DNA of 31,947 bases. Source: a virus (Duplodnaviria; Caudoviricetes). The DNA lies in the IMG/VR virus record IMGVR_UViG_3300006863_000008, positions 1 through 31,947 of that record; one strand, written 5' to 3'. Every line of letters starts with the position of its first letter. Positions within the stretch are counted from its first letter, which is position 1. Positions 23,644 to 31,947 of this stretch are shown in pieces. Made by a program: the position numbers and the translations under genes. The notes beneath the pieces were generated by a model, which searched no databases, had not been told where the DNA came from, and saw nothing but the letters and a program-made list of their open reading frames with translations.

Positions 23644-25623
23644 ATGTTTAGTTCAAACGGTTCACAGGTAAGCGGCTCTCCTCCAGACGCTCAATTCAAT
23701 TATGTCACCATGCTTTTACATGGCGATGGGACTAATGGCGCACAGAACAACACATTCCTAGACGGCAGTACAAACAACTTCACCATCACCCGCAACGGCA
23801 ACACCACGCAGGGTAGCTTTAGTCCGTATGGGAGTAATTGGGGGAATTATTTTGATGGTACAAGTGATTACTTTACTTTAGGCGCACAAGCAGCTTTTTC
23901 TTTTGGTACTGGTGACTTTACCATTGAAGGATGGTTTTTTATAAATGTCAATGGCACTCACGCAATTATTGATTTTCGCCCAACATCTACAAATGGTGCA
24001 TACATTCTGTTGGCTGTAAATACCAGTAATCAACCTTATCTTTATGTCAATAGTTCACAAGTTATAACAGGAAGTGCCTTAACTTTAAATGCTTGGCATC
24101 ATTTTGCATTAACACGCAGTGGAACAAGCACTAAATTATTTATTGACGGTACGCAATCTGGCTCAACATATACCGATAGCACTAATTACACAGTTGGCGC
24201 ATCCAGACCAATGATAGGGTCACTTGGGTTCAACCCCGGAGCAGGAGCAGATTTAAATGGGTATCTGTCTAACCTGCGAATCTTAAAAGGTACTGCGCTT
24301 TATACTGCCAACTTTACTCCACCGACCTCTCCCCTCACAGCAATTACCAACACATCCCTGCTCACCTGCCAGAGCAACCGCTTCATAGACAACTCTGCCA
24401 ACAACTTCACACTAACTGTAAACGGCACACCGAGCGTCCAAAGGTTCAACCCATTTGGCACATCTACTGCCTATTCAACTAGCGTGATTGGTGGGAGTGG
24501 GTACTTTGATGGGACGGGGGATAGTCTTAATTGTGTTGCAAATTCAACAAACAACCCACAAAGCGGAGATGATTACACGGTCGAAGCATATATTTATTTA
24601 ACAAATCAAGGCGGTGTAACAACAATTTATTCTGGTGATGTTGCTGGATATTTTGCTTGGAGAAGCGCAACACAGCGTTTTGAATTTGTAAGTAGCTCTT
24701 TAGAACTGCGTCTTTCTTATACATATCCCCTTAATCGTTGGTGTCATGTAGCAGTTTCTAGGCAGTCTGGAACGGTTAGAATGTTTGTGGATGGTGTGTT
24801 GCAAAGCCCCACCGTTGCCTCTGGTTCTGCTACCGGAAATACCGATACACTTGTTGGGGCATCTACTGCATATTATTTTGGCTCTTATACAAATGCTACT
24901 AGTGGGCCGTTTTATGGTTATATTTCTGGTTTCCGCTTGGTAAAAGGGACTGCTGTTTACACTGCTTCTTTTACACCCCCCACTACACCCCCCACCGCCA
25001 TAACTAATACAGCAATTTTGCTGTCCATGACCAACGCTGGCATTTACGACAATGCCATGATGAACAACTTAGAAACTGTGGGCAACGCACAGATTTCTAC
25101 AAGCGTGGTGAAGTATGGAACAGGGTCTTTGTACTTTGATGGGACAGGGGATGCATTAAAAGCTGTTTACACGCCAAATTTTGCGTTTTCTACAGGTGAC
25201 TTCACTATTGAACTTTGGCTGTATATCAATTCCACATCTGGAACACCAATTGTTTTTGACATGAGAGAAAATGGTGGAAGTGCGACCCCTGTAATTTATT
25301 TGAATGGGTCAGCATTGGTTTATTACACAAATGCTGGCGTTAGGATTACTGGTGGAACGCTATCAACAGGAACTTGGTATCACGTTGCTGTATGCCGTAG
25401 TGGAACAAGCACAAAAATGTTCTTAGATGGAACGCAAATAGGTTCTACGTACACGGACTCAACCAATTATGCTGGCGGTAATTTATGGCTTGGTTCTTAC
25501 TATAGTGGTGGCTATGACCTCAACGGTTACATAGACGACCTACGCATCACCAAAGGCTATGCCAGATATACCGCCAACTTCACCCCACCGACTGCGGCTT
25601 TCCCGAATACTGGCCCGATTTAA
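23644..25623 (+). CDS. receptor-binding protein with three LamG/concanavalin A-like domains
   Basis: Three YFDGT.D...D[FY]T[IV]E...W.H.A..R...F.DG...GY...R..KG.A.YT..FTPPT units. Confidence 0.9.
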   Translation: MFSSNGSQVSGSPPDAQFNYVTMLLHGDGTNGAQNNTFLDGSTNNFTITRNGNTTQGSFSPYGSNWGNYFDGTSDYFTLGAQAAFSFGTGDFTIEGWFFINVNGTHAIIDFRPTSTNGAYILLAVNTSNQPYLYVNSSQVITGSALTLNAWHHFALTRSGTSTKLFIDGTQSGSTYTDSTNYTVGASRPMIGSLGFNPGAGADLNGYLSNLRILKGTALYTANFTPPTSPLTAITNTSLLTCQSNRFIDNSANNFTLTVNGTPSVQRFNPFGTSTAYSTSVIGGSGYFDGTGDSLNCVANSTNNPQSGDDYTVEAYIYLTNQGGVTTIYSGDVAGYFAWRSATQRFEFVSSSLELRLSYTYPLNRWCHVAVSRQSGTVRMFVDGVLQSPTVASGSATGNTDTLVGASTAYYFGSYTNATSGPFYGYISGFRLVKGTAVYTASFTPPTTPPTAITNTAILLSMTNAGIYDNAMMNNLETVGNAQISTSVVKYGTGSLYFDGTGDALKAVYTPNFAFSTGDFTIELWLYINSTSGTPIVFDMRENGGSATPVIYLNGSALVYYTNAGVRITGGTLSTGTWYHVAVCRSGTSTKMFLDGTQIGSTYTDSTNYAGGNLWLGSYYSGGYDLNGYIDDLRITKGYARYTANFTPPTAAFPNTGPI

Positions 25624-25632
25624 GGAGAAATC

Positions 25633-26097
25633 ATGTTAGTTGCACATATCAACAATCTTATTCCGATGGACTATCGGGAAGCCTTCCCAAACACCGGGTT
25701 TCCTATTAGCGGCCCAAATGATGAGTTTCTTGCCGAGCAAGGCTATGCCAAGGTGTCGGTATTTAAAGAACACAACCGGGAAACTCAGAAGCTGGTCAAT
25801 GTCGCTGCTTATTACGAAGCCCCTTGGGTGTATACGGTAGAGGTACAAGACAAGACTGCTGAGGAAATTGCTGCTGAAGCTGCTGAGAAAGAAGCCAATC
25901 AAGCCAAGGCTATTCGGGCTGAAAGAGACAAACGACTTGCTGAATGTGATTGGGTGACGCTAAAGGCTGTTGATGCTTCCATTGATGGCTTTGGAGTACA
26001 GCTTCCTCAAGTGTGGATGGACTACCGTAAAGCCCTGCGTGATGTCCCTGCACAGGCAGGATTCCCTTGGACTGTTGTTTGGCCTGAGAAACCGTAG
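25633..26097 (+). CDS. tail fibre assembly chaperone
   Basis: [12 protein letters not shown]...[21 protein letters not shown]. Confidence 0.9.
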   Translation: MLVAHINNLIPMDYREAFPNTGFPISGPNDEFLAEQGYAKVSVFKEHNRETQKLVNVAAYYEAPWVYTVEVQDKTAEEIAAEAAEKEANQAKAIRAERDKRLAECDWVTLKAVDASIDGFGVQLPQVWMDYRKALRDVPAQAGFPWTVVWPEKP

Positions 26098-26105
26098 GAA
26101 TAAAA

Positions 26106-27074
26106 ATGACTACACCATTTGACATTATTTCCCGCGCAATGAAAGACATTGGCGCGGTGGCCGCTGGCGAGGTTCCCACAGCAGATGAGGCTCAAGATGC
26201 GCTGGATATGTTTAACGATATGTTGGCGCAATGGTCAAACGAAAACATGATGGTGTTTTACCGCACCGAATTGATTTTCCAGACCGTCCAGAATACAGTT
26301 CAATACACTCTTGGCCCAGGTGGGTCTGTTGGGGCTAACTTTGTTGGTTCCATCTCAGGAAGCACCCTAACGATCACATCTCTTAATTCCGGTGGTGTGA
26401 CAATGGGGATGAGCCTAAGCGGGGCTGGAATAGCTGCTGGGACAAAGATTGTGGCATTTGGATCGGGCGCTGGCGGGAATGTCAACGAAGCGGGAACATA
26501 CACTGTCAGCATCCCGCAAACCGTGGCCAGCACAACCATAAACGCCTATTACGAGCGTCCTCTAAACATTGATTCTGGCTTTGTACGGGTTGCTACCATG
26601 CAAGGCGGCTCTAGCGTGGCTGGAGGCTATCTTGATTATCCCTTGGCCATTCTCAGCCTTGAGGAGTACGAATCGCTTGGCATCAAACAGCTAAATGGGC
26701 CTTGGGCAAAGATGATCTACTATATGCCTGCTGAGACTTTGGGTACGGTCTATGTCTATCCCAATCCATCCCAGGGTGAACTGCATCTATTCACGCAAAC
26801 AATCTTCCGTGAATTTGGTAGCCTGACAGACAATATCAATTTCCCACAAGGCTACAACATGGCTTTGAGATGGTGTTTGGCCGAGCGTCTTTGCCCTATG
26901 TATGGCAAGACAAATCAAACGCAGCTTGCTATGATTAACGCATACGCGGCGCAAGGCAAGTCAACCATTAAGCGTACAAACATGAAACCAGCGCAAGTTG
27001 CTAGGTATCCTGATTCGCTGATGATGGGCAAAGCAAAGGACGCTGGTTTTATTATGGATGGTGGTTTCCGCTAG
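26106..27074 (+). CDS. head-tail adaptor (P22 gp4-like) with an inserted beta domain
   Basis: DII..A...IG..A.GE.P...EAQDAL...NDML..W; P.GY..AL...LA.RL.P.YG; precedes the gp10-like gene. Confidence 0.8.
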   Translation: MTTPFDIISRAMKDIGAVAAGEVPTADEAQDALDMFNDMLAQWSNENMMVFYRTELIFQTVQNTVQYTLGPGGSVGANFVGSISGSTLTITSLNSGGVTMGMSLSGAGIAAGTKIVAFGSGAGGNVNEAGTYTVSIPQTVASTTINAYYERPLNIDSGFVRVATMQGGSSVAGGYLDYPLAILSLEEYESLGIKQLNGPWAKMIYYMPAETLGTVYVYPNPSQGELHLFTQTIFREFGSLTDNINFPQGYNMALRWCLAERLCPMYGKTNQTQLAMINAYAAQGKSTIKRTNMKPAQVARYPDSLMMGKAKDAGFIMDGGFR

Positions 27075-27083
27075 GAGTAAAAA

Positions 27084-28652
27084 ATGCCGGATTTTGGCTT
27101 TGTCGGAACATCTTATGTAGCCCCATCCATCTACCAAGATGACCAAGAATGTATCAATTTCTTTGCGGAAATTGATGTTTCCAAACAGCAAGGCGACAGG
27201 GGCATTGTTGCCCTTTATCCAACCCCAGGATTGGTGGAAGTTGCCCAGCTTAAAAACGGTGAGGTACGGGGTCTTAAAACCCTATCTGGTGGCGAGTTGA
27301 TCGTTGCCGTATCCGGCAATGCAGTTTACACATTGGATGTCAACTTTGTTGCTTCTCAAATTGGCACACTATCCACAACCCGTGGCCCTGTATCTATATC
27401 TGACAACATCACAGATGACGGTCTGATTGCTTACATTGTTGATGGGCCTAACCGTTATACCTATGTAGTAAACACCGGAGCATTTGCTGCTTTGCCTCCA
27501 TCAGACGGGCCTTGGCAGGGCGCAAGCGTTGTGGACAATGTTGACTCTTACAACATTTATAACCAACCTGGAACGCAGAATTGGGCCTGCACAGACCTCA
27601 ATTCAATGTACTCGACCCAGGCTCTGTATGGGACTAAAAACGGCTATTCTGACAATCTTGTAAGCCTGATAGTGGATCGCCGCCAAGTTTACTTGATGGG
27701 CGAGGTTACGACAGAAGTCTGGACGGATGTAGGGAATGTGATCCAAGGCATTACTACATTCCCATTTCAAAGGGTTCCTGGCACATCCATCCAATCTGGT
27801 CTAGGAGCGCCTTTTTCAATCGCCAGATTTCTTGATTCCTTTGCATTTGTCGCAAAAGACACAAGAGGCGACTCCACGATTGAAATGGTCAATGGTTATT
27901 CATTTGTGAAGATTTCCACCCATGCGGTTGAGGAATCGTTAAGAAACCAGATCACTTCTGATGCCGTGGCTTACACCTATCAAATTGAAGGCCATGAGAT
28001 GTACGTCTGTACCTTTCCCTCCATTGGGGACGGTCTGACATGGGTTTACGATGGCTCTACAAAGTCCTGGCATAAGTGGTTGTCTTGGGATGCTGATTCT
28101 GGGAAATACTATCGTCACCGGTCAAACTGCGGGTGTTTCTTCCAGACCCAATACGTTGTCGGGGACTATGAAAACGGCAAAATCTACACCATTCAAAACG
28201 CTGTTTATACCGACAATGGCAACCCAATTCGCCGCTTGCGTAGAGCGCCGCATATTGTTTCTGATCTTCAGCGACAGTATTTTGAATCATTCCAAATCCA
28301 GTTTCAGCCAGGAGTAGGCAACAATGTCCCAGAAACCGCGCCTATTTACTTGCTTGCAGAAAACAACGATTTCCTCATCACAGAAAGCGGAAACGACCTT
28401 ATTGCAGAGCAAGCAACCCCTGTTGCTTCAAGCGCCAACCCCCAGGCTATGTTGCGCTGGTCAAATGATGGTGGCTCCACTTGGTCAAATGAACATTGGG
28501 TATCAATAGGACGGGTTGGCCAATACGCTAATCGCGCACTTTGGAGGCGTTTGGGTTGGTCGCGTGACCGCATCTTTGAGGTAGCAATTTCTGATCCTGT
28601 CAAAGCCGTAATTGTTTCTGCCGAATTGAAGGCAAGCGCCGGAGCAAACTGA
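27084..28652 (+). CDS. packaged DNA stabilisation protein/tail hub (P22 gp10-like)
   Basis: LYPTPGL, TTEVW, ISTHAVE, TWVYD, LRWSNDGG.TWS, WRRLG..RDRIFE..ISDP. Confidence 0.9.
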   Translation: MPDFGFVGTSYVAPSIYQDDQECINFFAEIDVSKQQGDRGIVALYPTPGLVEVAQLKNGEVRGLKTLSGGELIVAVSGNAVYTLDVNFVASQIGTLSTTRGPVSISDNITDDGLIAYIVDGPNRYTYVVNTGAFAALPPSDGPWQGASVVDNVDSYNIYNQPGTQNWACTDLNSMYSTQALYGTKNGYSDNLVSLIVDRRQVYLMGEVTTEVWTDVGNVIQGITTFPFQRVPGTSIQSGLGAPFSIARFLDSFAFVAKDTRGDSTIEMVNGYSFVKISTHAVEESLRNQITSDAVAYTYQIEGHEMYVCTFPSIGDGLTWVYDGSTKSWHKWLSWDADSGKYYRHRSNCGCFFQTQYVVGDYENGKIYTIQNAVYTDNGNPIRRLRRAPHIVSDLQRQYFESFQIQFQPGVGNNVPETAPIYLLAENNDFLITESGNDLIAEQATPVASSANPQAMLRWSNDGGSTWSNEHWVSIGRVGQYANRALWRRLGWSRDRIFEVAISDPVKAVIVSAELKASAGAN

Positions 28653-29323
28653 TGGCAACAGCCCCAAACACCAATATCAACATCCCGATAAGCCCGTTTC
28701 TAAATGAGAACACGGGAAGGCCGAATCAAGAGTGGCTAGTTTGGCTGATGAATCCTTCCGTAGTCGGAATCACGCTAGGTTATCCCTTACAAGTCAACAA
28801 TGGCGGCACAGGAACAAATCAAGTACCCGCCAATGGCGAATTGTTGATTGGGAATGGAACTGGATATGAAACCAACAACCTTGGGGCTGGGGCGGGAATA
28901 AGCGTTACCAATGGTGCAGGAACAATTGATCTGGCCAATACCGGGGTGCTATCTAACATTGCAGGGCCAGGGATTGCGGTATCCAGCCCAACAGGTGATG
29001 TAACCATCTCAAATACCGGTGTTCTTAGTTTCTCTGCTGACAATACAGGGTTAACCCCATCCACCGGAACAGCGGGAGATGTAACCCTTGGAGGCACTCT
29101 CAATGTCCCTCATGGCGGCACAGGTGCAACATCTTTGACGGGCTATGTAAAAGGAAGCGGAACTAGCCCATTTACCGCGTCATCCACCATCCCAAATACA
29201 GACATTACCGGTCTTGGAACCATGTCAACCAAGAACATTGGGGTTTCTGGAACATTTTTAAGCGGGGACGCAGTTCCAAAAACAATAACCGTTGTGGACG
29301 GGATTATTACCAGCATAGTATGA
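28652..29323 (+). CDS. tail needle/short fibre (gp26 position)
   Basis: Follows gp10; TGRP...W..W N-terminus, GGTG fibre repeats, C-terminal ITVVDGIITSI. Confidence 0.65.
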   Translation: MATAPNTNINIPISPFLNENTGRPNQEWLVWLMNPSVVGITLGYPLQVNNGGTGTNQVPANGELLIGNGTGYETNNLGAGAGISVTNGAGTIDLANTGVLSNIAGPGIAVSSPTGDVTISNTGVLSFSADNTGLTPSTGTAGDVTLGGTLNVPHGGTGATSLTGYVKGSGTSPFTASSTIPNTDITGLGTMSTKNIGVSGTFLSGDAVPKTITVVDGIITSIV

Positions 29324-29769
29324 ATGAACTTGATTTACCCAATCATGTGACCCGTGAGCAGGTAGATCGCCTGCAGGCCGAAATGGTCAAAATGCCGCAG
29401 GCTGAATTGGTGACTGAGCATCACTTTAGCCCTGGAATGTATATGCGGAAGGTTTTTAGACCCGCCGGGACGTTAATTGTCGGGAAAGTTCACAAAGAAT
29501 CCCACTTCTTTTTATGTGCAAAAGGCGAGATAATTGCGTGGACTGAAAACGGAATGAAACGGCTTCAGGCTGGTGACGTTGTGGAATCCAAGCCTGGAAC
29601 GAAGCGGGTAACTCTGGCTGTGACTGACGCAATTGGCGTGACTATTCACAGAACTGACAAAACCGACCTTGATGAAATTGAGGCTGAATTGATAGAGCCA
29701 GATACGACCGCGCTTTTTGACGCCAGAAATGACCTCAAAAAGTTTGAAATTGAAGGGGAAAAATTATGA
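29320..29769 (+). CDS. cupin-fold protein
   Basis: HHFSPGMYMR...PAGTLIVGKVHK..H...KGEI...S.PGTKR...TIH. Confidence 0.75.
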   Translation: MNELDLPNHVTREQVDRLQAEMVKMPQAELVTEHHFSPGMYMRKVFRPAGTLIVGKVHKESHFFLCAKGEIIAWTENGMKRLQAGDVVESKPGTKRVTLAVTDAIGVTIHRTDKTDLDEIEAELIEPDTTALFDARNDLKKFEIEGEKL

Positions 29770-30464
29770 CTTGGGTAGCAGCAGCGATTGGTGGATCGGC
29801 CTTATTAGGCTATATGGGGGCGCAGCGTCAAGCAAGCGCAGCAGAATCAGCGGCGCGGATGCAGGCTGATGCAGCCAATCAAGCCGCCATTCAACAGCGG
29901 CAGATGTTTGACATTCTTAATGCCCAGCAAGCGCCTTACCGAGAAGCTGGATATGGCGCATTAACAAAAATTCAAAATATGTTGCCGTATCTTACAAAGC
30001 AACCAACAGCAGAAGATTTATTGGCCATGCCAGGGTATCAATTTGGTCTTGAGCAAGGAACTGGAGCCGCAAGACAAATGGCTAACGTGGGTGGCGGTGG
30101 CAGCAATGTTGCTAGAGCCGCGCAAAAGTTTGCCGCTGATTATTCAACAAATGTAGGGTTGCCTCAATATCTAAACATCAGAAAAGATATTTACAACACT
30201 CTTGCCGGAATAGCCGGAATTGGACAAACAGCACAAACTCAAGCAAATCAACTTGGACAGAATGTTGCCACTAACATTGGTCAACTAGGAGTAGGGGCTG
30301 CTGGCGCTTTGGGGGCCGGTCAAGTCGGTGCGGCTAACGCAATGGCAGGGGGACTACAAGGAATTGGAAGTTCTGCTACCTTGGCAAGTTTGTTAAAAGG
30401 AGGCGGCGGCGGTGGTCTTGGAGTTGCCGAACAAGTTGCTGGCCCATACTTTGCGGTAGGTTAA
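29766..30464 (+). CDS. DNA transfer/ejection protein (gp7-like)
   Basis: Hydrophobic N-terminus, A/G/Q-rich, QAPYREAG..AL, PGYQF.L.QG. Confidence 0.8.
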   Translation: MTWVAAAIGGSALLGYMGAQRQASAAESAARMQADAANQAAIQQRQMFDILNAQQAPYREAGYGALTKIQNMLPYLTKQPTAEDLLAMPGYQFGLEQGTGAARQMANVGGGGSNVARAAQKFAADYSTNVGLPQYLNIRKDIYNTLAGIAGIGQTAQTQANQLGQNVATNIGQLGVGAAGALGAGQVGAANAMAGGLQGIGSSATLASLLKGGGGGGLGVAEQVAGPYFAVG

Positions 30465-30466
30465 AA

Positions 30467-31947
30467 ATGGCAGATTTCAACATCACCCCAGTAGCCACCC
30501 AGATCAAGCCAATTCAAGGCCCATCTCTGGCTGACATGATAAACATTGCGCGTGGAGCGCAGGCTTATCAACAAGCGGAACAAATCAATCCTCTGGCTTT
30601 GCAAAAAGCTCAACAAGAAACAAGAACAGGTCAGATTCAATTAGGCGTTGCAGAGCAGGCAAACATTGAACGCCAACGGATGCAAGAGTTTTTCTCTAAT
30701 CCTGATAATTTTCAAACTAATGGACGCATTGATATTGACAAGATCAATGCTGCTGTTCCTTCTATTGCTCCTTTAACCGGCAATGACTACATTAGCAAAT
30801 TTACCACTATTGGTAAAGCTCAAAGTGAGGCAATTAGCGCAAAACAAAATCTTACACAAGATCAGCGATCAATGATCGGATCGCGTCTTGGTTTAATGGG
30901 TCGCCTTGGTGTTACTGATGTAAATCAGTATCTTAAAGAACTTGATTTATTGAAATCAGAAAATCCAGAAAACAAAGATTTTGGCAGATTGATTGATTCA
31001 TATAAAACAATCTGGCAAAACACAATGAAATCTGGCCCAGAACTTCCTGGTATAGCTATTTCTGGCGCTCAAACACTACTATCACCAGAAAAACAGCAGA
31101 CACTTGCACCCGTTATGCAAGTCAGCCCACAAACAGGGCAAACCGTTGCAATTACTCCATCCATTGGCGCACAACCTCCCAAAGCAGAGATTGCCATCCC
31201 AAGTGGATTGCAAGGCAAAGCGCCTACTGGAACAGTTGGAGCAGGAACAGAAGTTGCCCCAGGTATGCGTGTGCCGTATCCGGTCAGGAGCGCATCTGTT
31301 CCTTTCATCCCAGAGCCGACAGAGGCAAAAGATACGGAGGCGGGGTTTGGCTATCGCAACAGAATGATTCAAGCGCAAACTGGGTTGGCTCAGAACCGCA
31401 GAAACACCGAGGAAGTAATTGCTCAAGCCAACAAAATTGCAAGCAATCTTTATTTTGAAAAAGGCGGTATTCCTGGGCAGATTGAACAAAAGATTCGTAT
31501 GGCCATTGGAAGCGCCGAATACGATATGCTTGCCAAAGACCTAGCTAATATGGCTTTGTCTAATGTTCAAGCAATGGGTGGTGTTGGCAATACGGTTGCT
31601 GGTCTTGATATGCAACAAGTGGCAAACGGAACAATCAAAGTGCCGCCAGAAGTCTTGGTAAAGATTGCTCAACGAGTACAAGCAGACCAGACCAATCTTG
31701 ATATGCAAGCCAATGGCGCAGAAAGATTTGCACAGCGCTTTGGTGACAACAACATGAAAGCCTATCAGCAAGCCTGGAACGCCAATGCTGACACCAAGAT
31801 TTTTGAGGCAATCAACGTCATTAAAAACATCCAAGACCCAACAAAAGTTGCTGCTGAATTAAAACGCTTGTTCCCCAATGAAAGCACAAGAAAAAACTTT
31901 TTAATCAAATACAAAAATCTAAAGAATTTGTCTGAAACCGGAATTAC
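30467..31947 (+). CDS. DNA transfer/ejection protein (gp20-like position), 3'-truncated
   Basis: ATG 30467 (MADFNITPVATQIKP...SLADMINIARGAQAYQQ) stays open to the window end (>490 codons); missing from the ORF track because it has no stop. Confidence 0.75.
   Translation, partial: MADFNITPVATQIKPIQGPSLADMINIARGAQAYQQAEQINPLALQKAQQETRTGQIQLGVAEQANIERQRMQEFFSNPDNFQTNGRIDIDKINAAVPSIAPLTGNDYISKFTTIGKAQSEAISAKQNLTQDQRSMIGSRLGLMGRLGVTDVNQYLKELDLLKSENPENKDFGRLIDSYKTIWQNTMKSGPELPGIAISGAQTLLSPEKQQTLAPVMQVSPQTGQTVAITPSIGAQPPKAEIAIPSGLQGKAPTGTVGAGTEVAPGMRVPYPVRSASVPFIPEPTEAKDTEAGFGYRNRMIQAQTGLAQNRRNTEEVIAQANKIASNLYFEKGGIPGQIEQKIRMAIGSAEYDMLAKDLANMALSNVQAMGGVGNTVAGLDMQQVANGTIKVPPEVLVKIAQRVQADQTNLDMQANGAERFAQRFGDNNMKAYQQAWNANADTKIFEAINVIKNIQDPTKVAAELKRLFPNESTRKNFLIKYKNLKNLSETGI

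Noticed and set aside
23644-25623. Possible diversity-generating retroelement or shufflon acting on tail genes
   Set aside because: No reverse transcriptase or invertase; repeats differ at synonymous sites rather than specifically at adenines
982-31834. Numerous other short alternative-frame and antisense ORFs in the track
   Set aside because: They shadow well-supported genes and lack SDs, motifs or translational coupling

Overview
Nearly complete, circularly permuted genome of a P22-like short-tailed dsDNA phage (podovirus). A freshwater betaproteobacterial host is a guess from gene content only. The window starts in the 3' end of a probable ejection gene, followed by a lysis cassette (463-2156). 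A leftward operon runs from a Cro-like regulator through a ~440-nt highly structured leader, a minimal replication protein, a C5 DNA methyltransferase with a fully overlapping second ORF, RusA and nin-like genes. A rightward early operon carries ERF, a YqaJ/lambda exonuclease and an SSB-like protein. The late region contains a Dps-like protein, GroES, a ParB-MTase, TerS/TerL, portal, scaffold, coat, a block of tailspike/fibre/LamG/chaperone genes, gp4- and gp10-like tail proteins, a needle, a cupin and ejection proteins, the last running off the end. No integrase, CI repressor, Q, helicase loader, tRNA or CRISPR array was recognised. The most notable items are (i) a two-frame split C5 MTase with tandem SD/start pairs, (ii) a promoter-driven switchable RNA (C4/CI/IsrK-like) with a downstream structured leader in front of the replication gene, (iii) twin promoter/operator/hairpin leaders, and (iv) a candidate peptide-docking motif inserted in the tail hub. 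All calls are from motif reading by eye; no database searches were run.
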